A DNA stretch of 32,000 nucleotides, taken from NCBI RefSeq assembly GCF_000017845.1, contig NC_010546.1, forward strand, positions 2,160,001 to 2,192,000, read 5' to 3'. The translations under genes were made by a program, and so were the position numbers. This stretch comes from Crocosphaera subtropica ATCC 51142 (GTDB lineage: Bacteria; Cyanobacteriota; Cyanobacteriia; Cyanobacteriales; Microcystaceae). The first letter of the stretch is position 1. Each line of letters begins with the position of its first letter. Of the stretch, positions 1 through 9,593 are shown piece by piece. The notes beneath the pieces were generated by a model that did no database searches, was not told the DNA's origin, and saw only the letters and a list, made by a program, of their open reading frames with translations.

Positions 1-117
1 TCTCCTAATTTTCTTACAAACTCTCCATTATATAATCTATAGGCCCTGGGGTGCGGATTTGGGGATTTTGTAATCTTTCTTTTGTCTTTGAAAATGAAGG
101 AACTTTTGTTATTGCAA

Positions 118-585
118 TTAACTCGGATTTACCCACATCAAGGTTTGACCATATTCGACGGGTTCCCCGTTGGCTACTGCAATCTCCATCACTTCTCCAG
201 TGACTTCGGCTTCAATTTCATTCATCAATTTCATCGCTTCGATAATACAGACGGTTTGGGTATTACTGACGCGATCGCCCACATCTACAAAAGGCGGTTC
301 ATCGGGGGCAGGAGCGCGATAAAAAGTTCCTACCATCGGAGAAGTAATAGCCACCCATTTTTTCTCTGCTGGAGAGGGGGGGGTTTCTGGGGGTGGGGTA
401 GGTGTGGCAGGGGCTGAAGGTGGGGCTACGGTTTCTGGGGCGATGGGGCTTAACAGTTGAGTGGTGTGGGCAACGTCTCGACGGACATTTAACTCAAAGG
501 TTTCTGTTTTCAGGCTAACTTCGGCAATATCGGTGTGAGCGATCGCCCCTAACAAATCTCGTAGTTCATTAAAATTAATTGACAC
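118..585 (-). CDS. accB: Biotin carboxyl carrier protein of acetyl-CoA carboxylase
   Basis: 155 aa. C-terminal biotinyl domain with [15 protein letters not shown] (EAMKxMN biotinyl-lysine motif). Pro/Ala-rich linker [21 protein letters not shown] start. Lies directly downstream of efp. Confidence 0.9.
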   Translation of the reverse strand: MSINFNELRDLLGAIAHTDIAEVSLKTETFELNVRRDVAHTTQLLSPIAPETVAPPSAPATPTPPPETPPSPAEKKWVAITSPMVGTFYRAPAPDEPPFVDVGDRVSNTQTVCIIEAMKLMNEIEAEVTGEVMEIAVANGEPVEYGQTLMWVNPS

Positions 586-650
586 AGATTATCTATCCCA
601 TAATCGTTGATCAAACAGAGGCTGTCTCCCTAGGGACAACCGTTCGGGCT

Positions 651-1211
651 TTAAGTTTCTCGTCCTAAATAGGAACCATCACGGGTATCGACTTTAATTT
701 TTTCTCCAATGGAAATAAACAGAGGTACCATCACTTGCGCTCCTGTTTCGACAATGGCGGGTTTGGTTCCCCCGGTTGCCGTATCCCCTTTTACCCCTGG
801 ATCGGTGTCGGTTACTTCTAAAATCACTGAGGTGGGCAGTTGTACCTCTAAGACTGTATCGTTCCAGAAGAGAACATCGGCTTCCATTTCTTCTTTGATA
901 TAGTTGACCGTTGTTCCCATTTGTTCAGGGCTTAAACGCACTTCTTCATAGGTTTCCATATCCATAAAGACGTATTGTTCCCCTTCTTTATAGGTATGTT
1001 GCATGGTGCGTTTTTCTAAAGTGGCTTGGGGAACGGTTTCTCCTGCACGAAATGTCCGTTCAACGACACTACCTGTCTGAGCGTTTTTTAATTTGGTTCG
1101 CACGAAGGCAGAACCCTTACCTGGTTTGACGTGCAGGAATTCAACGACGCGCCATACTGAACCATCTAATTCAATGCTGGTACCAGTCCGAAAATCGTTA
1201 CTAGAAATCAT
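651..1211 (-). CDS. efp: Translation elongation factor P
   Basis: 186 aa. Typical EF-P N-terminus [43 protein letters not shown], including the KPGKG loop. Length and three-domain layout fit EF-P. Confidence 0.95.
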   Translation of the reverse strand: MISSNDFRTGTSIELDGSVWRVVEFLHVKPGKGSAFVRTKLKNAQTGSVVERTFRAGETVPQATLEKRTMQHTYKEGEQYVFMDMETYEEVRLSPEQMGTTVNYIKEEMEADVLFWNDTVLEVQLPTSVILEVTDTDPGVKGDTATGGTKPAIVETGAQVMVPLFISIGEKIKVDTRDGSYLGRET

Positions 1212-1296
1212 GAAAGGCTTTTAGAGCTTAGAAAGTCAAGATTTATTTTACAAGAGTTTGGCAACCCTGAGGTTAATTACCTCATATCTATTAACA

Positions 1297-2262
1297 TTAT
1301 TGAGACACTCTAGCGACGATCGCCCGATGTCTAGGACTGATAGGGGTAATTTTCGGGGGGTTAAACCCTGCTTCTTGTAGGGCTGTTTCTATATCTAAGG
1401 CAAAATATTGATCGAGATAGGGTTCGGTGCTTTTGAGTAGGGTTAAGATGTAGGGGGGCATTTTTTGGTAGGCTTCGGCACGGGGGTTCATGTCCATCAT
1501 GGTAAAGTATCCCCCAGGTTTAAGGAGGCGACGGGCTTCTTTAAAGATGGCGATCGCTGCTGTTTGGGGGAGTTCGTGGTACAACAAAAAGGCTGACACG
1601 AGATCAAAAGAGGTTTCGGGTAAGTTGGTGGCTTCGGCTGCCCCGTGTACCCAGTCAATAGCTAGGTTCCGTTCTTGACTACGGTAATGGGCAACGGCTA
1701 AATGATAGGCTGATAGGTCTAATCCTGTTACCTTTGCGTCGGGGTACATTGCTTGAAGGGGGAAGGTACTCATGCCAACACTACAACCCATGTCTAAAAT
1801 CCTCTGAGGTGTTGAGGATAGCTGTTGTTTCAGAATTTCATGATAATTGTGTCGTAAACGGGGATCTCCATTTACCCCTGCTCCTGGCCAAATACTAGCA
1901 TGAACGGCATAAGCAGCAGATTCTACTTCCAGGGCTGACTCCCAACTTAAATTTCCTGTTTCATAACCATGAAAGGAACACACATAATAATCAGGATAGA
2001 CCAAATTGGGATTTTGAACTTTTTCTAGTTCTTCTTCCCAGTTATGGTTACTCAGTTGACGGACATTATCTCGCCAGGGAACCCCTATTTTTTCTGCCCG
2101 ATTAATGATCATGTTACGGGCTTGATATTTGGCTAGTTTTGCTAAGGGTTTGACAGATAAAATACCATTGATTACACGGGAAGCTAAACTGGGTTTCGAT
2201 GGAAAGGGGGTAGCAGTCATAAAATTTTCTAGATATCGATTATGATAGTAACCAAGTCGCAT
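1297..2262 (-). CDS. Class I SAM-dependent methyltransferase (substrate unknown)
   Basis: 321 aa. Motif I ILDMGCSVGMST, post-I VTGLDLS, and LKPGGYF. An alternative start at Met15 (coordinate 2220) is possible. Confidence 0.7.
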   Translation of the reverse strand: MRLGYYHNRYLENFMTATPFPSKPSLASRVINGILSVKPLAKLAKYQARNMIINRAEKIGVPWRDNVRQLSNHNWEEELEKVQNPNLVYPDYYVCSFHGYETGNLSWESALEVESAAYAVHASIWPGAGVNGDPRLRHNYHEILKQQLSSTPQRILDMGCSVGMSTFPLQAMYPDAKVTGLDLSAYHLAVAHYRSQERNLAIDWVHGAAEATNLPETSFDLVSAFLLYHELPQTAAIAIFKEARRLLKPGGYFTMMDMNPRAEAYQKMPPYILTLLKSTEPYLDQYFALDIETALQEAGFNPPKITPISPRHRAIVARVSQ

Positions 2263-2678
2263 CGATGGTTACTCAATAATTTTCCTTTTTGATTTTATCA
2301 TTAACTGCTATATGAAACTTATGTGAAGATACCAACCAATTGCCTAATGGGAGAATTCAACACTGTCAACTCATTAATCGATATAGAACGAGTTATGTTT
2401 TTCTATCCAATTCACTAAGAAACAAACTAAGATAACCATCGAAACCAGATAACAGATCAGTAAACAATTTTCTAGCATTAATATCAGCCCTTGAAGTTCC
2501 TATGATGATTTCAAGTATGCTAGAGTAATCTGAAACTGTTGTGACAGGATTATGAATGAATGATAAGAATTCATTTAGTTATCTGAGAAGTTTATTTTTC
2601 AGTTGCTATTCAACCCTTTGCAGATGTTCCCGATCGCCTTATAGTGATAGGTGATCCCCAGTTTAATAATGCAGTATC

Positions 2679-3875
2679 GTGAAAAAGATTTCTCTTCTTG
2701 GCTCCACTGGTTCCATTGGCACCCAAACCCTTGATATTGTCAACCAATACCCCGATCAATTTCAAGTGGTGGGTTTGGCAACTCGTTCTAATGTGGAGTT
2801 ATTAGCCACCCAAGTCCAACAGTTTCGTCCTGAGATTGTAGCGATTTGTGATGAGAGCAAACTAGGAAGCCTCAAAGATGCGATCGCAAGTATGGACTAT
2901 TCTCCCCTTATTTTAGCAGGAGAGCAGGGTGTAGCAGAGGTTGCCCGTCACGGGGATGCTGAGAGTGTGGTAACCGGTATTGTGGGATGTGCCGGCTTAT
3001 TACCAACCATTGCAGCCATAGAAGCCGGAAAAGATATTGCTTTAGCTAATAAGGAAACTCTGATCGCAGGGGGTCCGGTGGTCCTGCCTTTAATCGAAAA
3101 ACATGGGGTCAAATTATTACCAGCCGACTCAGAACATTCGGCGATTTTTCAATGTTTACAAGGGGTTCCCGATGGGGGGTTACGACGCATTATTTTAACC
3201 GCTTCTGGGGGTGCATTTCGTGACTGGCCGGTAGAACAATTAAAGTATGTTACGGTACAAGATGCCTTAAAACATCCTAACTGGTCAATGGGTCAAAAAA
3301 TCACCGTTGATTCTGCTACTTTAATGAATAAAGGGTTAGAGGTGATTGAAGCCCATTTCTTGTTTGGAATGGACTATGAAAATATTGATATTGTTATTCA
3401 TCCTCAAAGTATTATTCACTCTTTAATTGAGGTGCAAGATACGTCAGTTTTGGCACAGTTGGGATGGCCAGATATGCGTCTTCCTTTATTGTATGCTTTA
3501 TCTTGGCCTGAAAGAATTTATACTGATTGGGAACAACTGGACTTAGTAAAAGCTGGTAGTTTAACCTTTAGAGAACCCGATCATGATAAATATCCTTGTA
3601 TGCAGTTAGCTTATGCTGCAGGGAATGCAGGAGGGGCAATGCCGGCAGTTTTAAATGCAGCTAATGAGCAAGCGGTTGCCTTATTTTTAGCAGAAAAAAT
3701 CGCCTTTTTAGATATTCCTAAAGTCATTGAAAAAACTTGTGATAATTTCAGAGATCATAACCGTTCTCAACCCAGTTTAGAAGATATTTTAGAAGCAGAT
3801 AAATGGGCAAGAGAAGCTGTTTTGATGGCTGCTGAAGGGCTAGGAACAGAAAATAAAGTTGTTTCTCTAAAATAG
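2679..3875 (+). CDS. dxr: 1-deoxy-D-xylulose 5-phosphate reductoisomerase
   Basis: 398 aa. NADPH motif [13 protein letters not shown], plus [25 protein letters not shown] and [13 protein letters not shown] start. Confidence 0.95.
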   Translation: MKKISLLGSTGSIGTQTLDIVNQYPDQFQVVGLATRSNVELLATQVQQFRPEIVAICDESKLGSLKDAIASMDYSPLILAGEQGVAEVARHGDAESVVTGIVGCAGLLPTIAAIEAGKDIALANKETLIAGGPVVLPLIEKHGVKLLPADSEHSAIFQCLQGVPDGGLRRIILTASGGAFRDWPVEQLKYVTVQDALKHPNWSMGQKITVDSATLMNKGLEVIEAHFLFGMDYENIDIVIHPQSIIHSLIEVQDTSVLAQLGWPDMRLPLLYALSWPERIYTDWEQLDLVKAGSLTFREPDHDKYPCMQLAYAAGNAGGAMPAVLNAANEQAVALFLAEKIAFLDIPKVIEKTCDNFRDHNRSQPSLEDILEADKWAREAVLMAAEGLGTENKVVSLK

Positions 3876-3911
3876 TGACTGTCACAGTCTGGAAGAATAT
3901 ATTTGTTGGAG

Positions 3912-3932
3912 AGGCTTAATATTATTAAGCCT
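3912..3932 (+). terminator. Hairpin downstream of dxr (9-bp stem aggcttaat/attaagcct, 3-nt loop) followed by tcttgtgtt
   Basis: Perfect palindrome read directly from the sequence, 37 nt after the dxr stop. The T-rich tail is interrupted. Confidence 0.5.
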
Positions 3933-3976
3933 TCTTGTGTTATGGTAGAACTATTTTATAGATTAAACTTGATAAT

Positions 3977-4198
3977 ATGCCCATCAATTTAATTCTATTT
4001 ATCGCTGCTTTATTAGTGTCTTGGCTCGTATTTCGTTGGCTTTTTACCTTCGTTAAGTCAACGGCTACGACCGCCTTAACTATAGCAGTTATTATACTAC
4101 TATTACAAGTTGGTTTTGGCATTGATTCTCAAGATTTATGGAGAGAAATGATTAATCTCCCCAAAACACTCCAAGAACTGTTACCAATGAATAATTAA
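3977..4198 (+). CDS. Small hypothetical membrane protein (two predicted TM helices)
   Basis: 73 aa with two hydrophobic stretches (LILFIAALLVSWLVF and ALTIAVIILLLQVGFG). No recognised family. It competes with an antisense ORF at 3940-4122. Confidence 0.4.
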   Translation: MPINLILFIAALLVSWLVFRWLFTFVKSTATTALTIAVIILLLQVGFGIDSQDLWREMINLPKTLQELLPMNN

Positions 4199-4401
4199 TT
4201 AACTCTTGATTGATACTTAATGGTTAAAGCTACACCCAAAACACCAAAGGCTATCAGGGTTAAATTTGAACTCGGTTCTGGTACGGAGATTCCTGTTGGT
4301 TGTTCTACATTAATACTGACTATTGTTGCTGGATCTAAAGCTAGAGACTGACCTAAAGTATTGGTTACAAAAAGTGATGGAATACTAAAAAGTTTGGACA
4401 A
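4195..4401 (-). CDS. Possible mini PEP-CTERM-anchored protein
   Basis: 68 aa. The C-terminus VPEPSSNLTLIAFGVLGVALTIKYQSR fits the PEP-CTERM sorting-signal pattern: PEP, then a TM helix, then a basic tail. The N-terminus is weakly signal-peptide-like. TTG start, no ATG, and no obvious SD. Confidence 0.3.
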   Translation of the reverse strand: MSKLFSIPSLFVTNTLGQSLALDPATIVSINVEQPTGISVPEPSSNLTLIAFGVLGVALTIKYQSRVN

Positions 4402-4498
4402 GCGAAGAGAAAATTTAGTCTAGATTTAGTTAAAACCAAGCTAAAAGAAACTTCAAAAACTGCTATTGCTATTACATTTTTAGTAGTTAATCTTTCCC

Positions 4499-4520
4499 AA
4501 CTGCTTCGGCAGTTATTTTT
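4499..4520 (+). terminator. Orphan terminator-like hairpin aactgc-ttcg-gcagtt followed by attttta
   Basis: 6-bp stem with a UUCG tetraloop and a T-rich tail on the + strand. It sits about 300 nt after the nearest + strand stop at 4198. Confidence 0.35.
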
Positions 4521-4656
4521 ACTTCTTTTGTCATTTTCTTTTATTAATAAAACACCATATTGAACTCAGGTTTTCTAAGGGTTCAGCCATCAGTAGTCAG
4601 CGATATTCTTACAACCCTGACTGCTGAACCCTAAATGCTTACACTATTCTGAAAAC

Positions 4657-5190
4657 TTATAACCAACGAGCTAACTTTTCTTGGGATTGAGCATCAAGAC
4701 AATTGAAGAGTAAACGTCCTCGACTGCGTTTATTGCTGCGTTGTTTACGCTTAACTTGGGAACGAGAGGATTCAATATCTTTGGCTAACACCTCTACTGA
4801 CATCCATTCTGCACCGTAACCCATTGCGGTCAAATATTGATCTCGATCCGATGTAGCAACGATAATACGGTTATAGTTAGTTTGTTGACGACGGAAAAAA
4901 CCAGCACAGACCTTTTCTATGTAGGTATCAGCAGTCTGGGTCCAAGCGGTAAAGTAAATGGAAAGATGGGTAGAGTGATGTTCGATAGAAGAGGGAGTCT
5001 TCTGGTATTGAGAATCAAAGACAACCTGAGTCTTGTAGCCTTTATGAACTGTGTAATTAATTAACGTCTCTACTAATTCGTACCGCGCTTGTTCTAAGCC
5101 GTGGCGATCGCAGGTGCTTTTGAGTGGAGACCATGAGCCGATAATATTATAGCCGTCGACGAGTAATAAGGGTGCAATAGGAGAAGACAT
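4657..5190 (-). CDS. NYN-domain (YacP/Rae1-like) predicted ribonuclease
   Basis: 177 aa. The N-terminal LLLVDGYNIIGSW is typical of the YacP-like NYN/PIN fold. Later acidic motif VATSDRD. Basic C-terminal tail. Confidence 0.7.
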   Translation of the reverse strand: MSSPIAPLLLVDGYNIIGSWSPLKSTCDRHGLEQARYELVETLINYTVHKGYKTQVVFDSQYQKTPSSIEHHSTHLSIYFTAWTQTADTYIEKVCAGFFRRQQTNYNRIIVATSDRDQYLTAMGYGAEWMSVEVLAKDIESSRSQVKRKQRSNKRSRGRLLFNCLDAQSQEKLARWL

Positions 5191-5374
5191 TTTTCTTAAG
5201 AGTGATCATAAATTGTTAACATTTTTAAGGCAAACATTTCATAATATTAACAAAAAATTCACCTTAATGGGAATCTCAAGATGGTGATCTCATGAAACTG
5301 ACAACTTTCCTATTTTCAGGAAAACCTCTACCATAGAAAGGAGAAAGCTTGCAAAGTTACTAATAACTGTCATT

Positions 5375-5632
5375 ATGGATACAATTATTGATGCGATCGC
5401 TTCGCTGCCTCAAGATACCCTAATTGTTGCTGTGTTGTATTTGGGGTTAAGTCTTCTCTATCTCTTGATCATCCCTGGATTTGTCTATTTTTATCTCAAT
5501 AGTCGTTGGTATGTGGCCAGTTCCTTTGAACGAGCCTTTATGTACTTTCTGATGTTCTTTTTCTTCCCTGGGGTTCTCCTGTTAAGTCCGTTTCTTAACT
5601 TTCGTCCCAAACGCCGTCAAGTTAATTCTTGA
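5375..5632 (+). CDS. ndhL: NAD(P)H-quinone oxidoreductase (NDH-1) subunit L
   Basis: 85 aa, two TM helices, core PGFVYFYLNSRWYVASSFERAFMYFLMFFFFPG resembles cyanobacterial NdhL. The ndhL-DUF3007-trpA order is recalled from memory as a common cyanobacterial arrangement. Confidence 0.75.
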   Translation: MDTIIDAIASLPQDTLIVAVLYLGLSLLYLLIIPGFVYFYLNSRWYVASSFERAFMYFLMFFFFPGVLLLSPFLNFRPKRRQVNS

Positions 5633-5672
5633 GTCGGGTTAGAATAAAAACACTAGAACCTTGTAGGCCATC

Positions 5673-5972
5673 ATGAGACGCATCGATGTTATCACCATTA
5701 GCTTAGGAATATTTGCGACGGGGGGCATTATTTACCTCGTATTTCAAGCCATTGGGTTCGATGGCCTCTCCGCAGGGGTTTGGAGTCAAGCTTTATTAGT
5801 AATAGGGGTTTTAGGTTGGACATTAACCTATCTATTCCGAGTAGCTAACAAAGATATGACCTACAATCAACAACTGAAAGACTATGAAGACGCAGTGTTA
5901 CAAAAACGCCTCGAAGAGATGACCCCCGAAGAACTCGAAAAATTACAAAAAGACATGGAAGAAGAATCATAA
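5673..5972 (+). CDS. DUF3007-family small membrane protein
   Basis: 99 aa. Two N-terminal TM helices followed by a charged helical tail (LKDYEDAVLQKRLEEMTPEELEKLQKDMEEE). Sits between ndhL and trpA. Confidence 0.6.
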   Translation: MRRIDVITISLGIFATGGIIYLVFQAIGFDGLSAGVWSQALLVIGVLGWTLTYLFRVANKDMTYNQQLKDYEDAVLQKRLEEMTPEELEKLQKDMEEES

Positions 5973-6061
5973 TCCGAAGTTAGTAGAAATCTTAAAGATC
6001 AGAGAATTAAGACCAATTCAGGGTAAATTGAAAAATGGTAATCTAGCTTGAGTAGACCATA

Positions 6062-6856
6062 ATGACATCGGTTTCTGAGTGTTTTCAATCCCTACGCGAT
6101 CGCAAACAATGCGGACTTATTCCCTTCATTACTGCAGGTGATCCGGATCTTGAGACAACAGCGAAAGCGTTACGGGTTCTCGATGCGTCAGGGGCTGATC
6201 TTATTGAACTCGGTGTCCCTTATTCTGATCCGTTGGCCGATGGACCTGTAATCCAAGCGGCCGCTAGCCGTGCTTTACGTCGAGGGGTAAAGTTAGAAGA
6301 TGTCTTAAATATTGTCAAAGGGGTTCAAGGAGATATTAAAGCTCCTATTATTCTCTTTAGCTACTATAACCCGATTTTTTATCGTGGTATTGAAGCTTTC
6401 TTAGAACAAATTAAGTCTGCTGGGGTCAAAGGGTTGGTGGTTCCTGATTTGCCCCTCGAAGAAGCGGAAACGTTATTGAAACCGGCTGCTGAAATGGGCA
6501 TTGAAGTGACTTTATTAGTTGCCCCCACCAGTCCTATCGAACGGATTAAGGCGATCGCTCATCAGTCTCAAGGGTTTATTTATCTCGTCAGTGTTACAGG
6601 GGTAACTGGTATGAGAACCCAGGTAGCTACTAGAGTCGAAGACCTGCTGAAAAGTCTTCGTAATACAACGGATAAGCCCATTGGGGTCGGATTTGGCATT
6701 TCTGAACCTGAACACGCCTTACAGGTGAAAAATTGGGGATCGGATGCGGTCATTGTGGGCAGTGCTTGCGTCAAAAGGTTGGCTCAAGGAACCCCAGAAG
6801 AAGGATTAAAAGCAGTGGGCGAATTTTGTCAGCGTCTTAAACAAGCTATTCAATAG
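6062..6856 (+). CDS. trpA: Tryptophan synthase alpha chain
   Basis: 264 aa. Motifs [31 protein letters not shown] and [13 protein letters not shown]...GVGFGIS are canonical TrpA. Confidence 0.95.
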
Positions 6857-7220
6857 GATCATAAATCACTTAAGATCCTTGTTTTAAGGGGAGGGATGGG
6901 AGAAAGATATTAAGCCAGCCTGAGTTCGGGATAAGCTGAAAGCCTAATAAAACCGTTGGAGAAAAAGACGTTTTTTTTATGAAAAATTATTGAACACCGA
7001 ACTCAGGTTAAGCCAATGCAACGTTTTAAGTTTTATTAACGGCGGTTCTTTTTGCGTGATCGTCTTACTTTTGAGAGATGAATTTTTGAAGTCATTTACT
7101 ATGCAATAAAAGCAGTCGGATAAAGCTGTGGGGAAATCTTTAAGAAAATAGGCAGAAGATAAATGATTATTCGTGCCTTAATTAACGGTTTTTGTCCCAT
7201 CATATTAGGAAAAGTTAGAG

Positions 7221-7760
7221 ATGTCTCAACAATCATCAGTATCATCAACTCAATTATCGTCTACCTGGGGAAAATTTCCCAATCTATCAGCAGCCAAAGA
7301 AACCAAAAAAAAATTAGAAGAAGCAGGAGTTGCCCCAAACCAAATTACAGTAGAAGTGGAAAACTTTGATCCTCCCTTAAAACTTAAACAAACCCAAGCG
7401 ATTAATAATCTGAGAACAGGTGCGATTACAGGGACAATCTTGGGTGCGTTAATCGGTTTATTAATCAGTTTAATCGTGACAGACTTTGCTCATTTAGGAT
7501 TGGGTGCTTTGAACAACTTTCAAGCCATACATTATGCCAGTCCTTTGATTGCTGGTGGTATTGGTGCAGTCGGAATGAGTGTAATTTTGGCCATAAGTGG
7601 GGCTAAAGTGCCTAAATTTGATAAAGAAATAACAGATGGTGAGAATCAGACCTTACCGAAACTATATTTAATCGTCGTCGAAGGAACACCCAAAGAGATT
7701 GAGCTTGCCAAAAAAATGATTGTTCAACAGTCGGGATTTATCGAAGCAGAAGATAGATAA
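7221..7760 (+). CDS. Hypothetical membrane protein with glycine-zipper-like TM segments
   Basis: 179 aa. Soluble N- and C-terminal parts flank Gly-rich hydrophobic segments (GAITGTILGALIGLLISLIV and PLIAGGIGAVGMSVILAISG). Family not recognised. Confidence 0.5.
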   Translation: MSQQSSVSSTQLSSTWGKFPNLSAAKETKKKLEEAGVAPNQITVEVENFDPPLKLKQTQAINNLRTGAITGTILGALIGLLISLIVTDFAHLGLGALNNFQAIHYASPLIAGGIGAVGMSVILAISGAKVPKFDKEITDGENQTLPKLYLIVVEGTPKEIELAKKMIVQQSGFIEAEDR

Positions 7761-7846
7761 ATCATACTTTTTTCAATGAGAATTAAAGCAATTTTTCTGT
7801 CATTAATTTTTAGTTCTTTAAACCCTAATCACTTATTATAGGAGTA

Positions 7847-8530
7847 ATGGATATGACTAGAGTAGCAATTAATGGTTTAGGCCGAATTGGTAGAAGTGAA
7901 GGGATCGACATGATCGTCCCTGGTGTCAGCGACGTATCAGATAATCACAATAATACTCTCGTGTCCTGTGCCAGTTGTACCACTAACTGTATTGCTCCCG
8001 TGGTGGAAATTGTTAATCGCAGAGTCGGGATTAAAAAAGCGATTATGACTACCATTCACGCTTATACCGCCAGTCAAGGTCTTGTAGATCAACCCAACAA
8101 AAAATTTAGACGAGGACGTGCTGCTGCGGCCAATTTAGTGACCACCACCACGGGGGCGGCGATCGCCACAACCCAAATTTTACCCGAATTAGAACAAAAA
8201 TTTGATGGCGTAGCGGTCAGAACCCCTGTACCTGTTGGTTCGGTCAGTGATATTATTTTGCTGAGTGGGCGAGAAACCAGTAGAGAAGAGATTAATCAAA
8301 TTTTCCGTGAAGAATCACAAACGGAGCAGTATCAAGGCATTGTCAGCATTTCCGAAGATCCCATTGTTTCGTCTGATATCATCGGTGACGCGCATGGATC
8401 TATTGTTGATCTCACCATGACGCAAGTGGTTGATCATGATTTAATCAAAGTAATGAGTTGGTACGATAATGAATGGGGTTATGCGAATCAAATGATTCGG
8501 GGATACTTTAAACATTTAGAAACCACTTAA
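7847..8530 (+). CDS. GAPDH-like protein with in-frame loss of most of the NAD-binding domain (possibly a decaying paralog)
   Basis: 227 aa versus ~335 for type I GAPDH. INGLGRIGR is followed after 23 aa by SCASCTTNC. The rest of the catalytic domain appears intact (TTIHAYTASQ, TTTGAA, WYDNEWGY). Confidence 0.8.
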   Translation: MDMTRVAINGLGRIGRSEGIDMIVPGVSDVSDNHNNTLVSCASCTTNCIAPVVEIVNRRVGIKKAIMTTIHAYTASQGLVDQPNKKFRRGRAAAANLVTTTTGAAIATTQILPELEQKFDGVAVRTPVPVGSVSDIILLSGRETSREEINQIFREESQTEQYQGIVSISEDPIVSSDIIGDAHGSIVDLTMTQVVDHDLIKVMSWYDNEWGYANQMIRGYFKHLETT

Positions 8531-8533
8531 TCT

Positions 8534-9433
8534 TTAATTTTCTGGGGCTTTACGAATTTGAAAACAACACCATTGTTTTCGTTTCCATAAAGCAGCGACG
8601 ATCCATCCTTCTTGTTCTAGGGTATCAGCGATCGCCTGAGATTGTTCTAACAAAATACCACTTAAAATCCCCCAAGTATTTGGCCTAGCTAACTTAGAAA
8701 ATTGGGGAATTAGCTCAATAATTACCTCAGCCAAAATATTACAAACGATTCCATCAACACCGTCACTGACTAATTCTAATAATTCCGTCAAACTGCCTTG
8801 ATTAATCACTAAATGATCAGGATGAATTTGATTAAGATGACGGTTTTCTCTGGCTGCTTTGACGGCTAAGGGATCGATATCTACCGCATAAGCTTTCTTT
8901 GCCCCTAATAAAATTGCCCCAATGGAGAGAATACCCGAACCCGAACCAATATCAGCAATAACAACATTTTCTGGAGATTTTGATAAGCGCATTTCAAGGG
9001 ACTCTAAACACAACTGAGTGGTGGGGTGGGTTCCGGTGCCAAAGGCAACCCCTGGATCAAGCCGTAGAATCAGTTTATCCGTTTGTTCAGGAGGGGTTAA
9101 CCAAGCCGGATAAATAATAAAGCGATCGCCCACCTCTGTTGGTTCCCAGTGTTCTTTCCAACTACTAGCCCAGTCTTCTTCATCAATTAATTTCCAACGG
9201 GTTAGGGGTTGAGGTAAATTCAACACCAAAGCATCTTGTTGTAACCACAAAGATAGTGCAGATATATCTAAGGACTGGTACTGTATTTGTGGCGCATAAG
9301 CTTGAATAATGTATGATTTTCCTTTAATTTCCCGTGAGGTTCCTGAACAGCCAAACTTATCTAACCGCCAAGTAATCGATTCTTCTAGATGAGGATGACA
9401 CAAAATGGTGATTTCCCACCAACTGTTAGACAT
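8534..9433 (-). CDS. prmA: Ribosomal protein L11 methyltransferase
   Basis: 299 aa. Motif [19 protein letters not shown] followed by SAM motif [15 protein letters not shown], typical PrmA layout. Confidence 0.9.
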   Translation of the reverse strand: MSNSWWEITILCHPHLEESITWRLDKFGCSGTSREIKGKSYIIQAYAPQIQYQSLDISALSLWLQQDALVLNLPQPLTRWKLIDEEDWASSWKEHWEPTEVGDRFIIYPAWLTPPEQTDKLILRLDPGVAFGTGTHPTTQLCLESLEMRLSKSPENVVIADIGSGSGILSIGAILLGAKKAYAVDIDPLAVKAARENRHLNQIHPDHLVINQGSLTELLELVSDGVDGIVCNILAEVIIELIPQFSKLARPNTWGILSGILLEQSQAIADTLEQEGWIVAALWKRKQWCCFQIRKAPEN

Positions 9434-9476
9434 AAGACTTTGTTATCAATAAAAGGACTGGGAGACTAGGATAGGG

Positions 9477-9512
9477 GGAGATGGGGGAGCAGAGGGAGAT
9501 GGGGGAGCAGAG
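9477..9512. repeat. Tandem 18-mer ggagatgggggagcagag x2
   Basis: Two perfect adjacent copies (9477-9494 and 9495-9512) in the serA-prmA intergenic region. Confidence 0.9.
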
Positions 9513-9549
9513 GAAGAAAAATGTTCATTTTCTTTCTAATCTTCTCAGT

Positions 9550-9578
9550 CTTCCCACACTTCCCACACTTCCCACACT
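9550..9578. repeat. Tandem 9-mer cttcccaca x3 (plus a partial copy)
   Basis: Perfect copies at 9550-9558, 9559-9567 and 9568-9576. Confidence 0.9.
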
Positions 9579-9593
9579 CTTTAGCCTTCTCAC

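Noticed and set aside
82-417. 111-aa + strand ORF and G-rich tract (about 361-420) that could suggest a Gly-rich protein or a G-quadruplex
   Set aside because: It is the antisense shadow of accB. The G-runs are the complement of codons for the Pro/Ala-rich AccB linker.
709-903. 64-aa + strand ORF
   Set aside because: It lies entirely antisense within the well-supported efp gene.
1490-1678. 62-aa + strand ORF
   Set aside because: It is antisense inside the methyltransferase gene and has no motif support.
3940-4122. 60-aa minus-strand ORF
   Set aside because: It overlaps the 3977-4198 + strand ORF, which has a cleaner two-TM pattern. Neither can be proven, and only one was kept.
4579-4631. 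Long imperfect hairpin (gggttcagc...gctgaaccc plus agtcag/ctgact) downstream of the NYN gene, as a terminator or sRNA
   Set aside because: There is no U-tract on either strand and no flanking promoter signal. It may be a dispersed palindromic repeat, and the evidence is not enough for a feature call.
4837-5064. 75-aa + strand ORF
   Set aside because: It is antisense inside the NYN-domain gene.
6515-6774. Two minus-strand ORFs (66 and 64 aa)
   Set aside because: They are antisense shadows inside trpA.
7163-7369. 68-aa + strand ORF
   Set aside because: It overlaps the longer 7221-7760 ORF in another frame. It has a basic low-complexity tail and no support.
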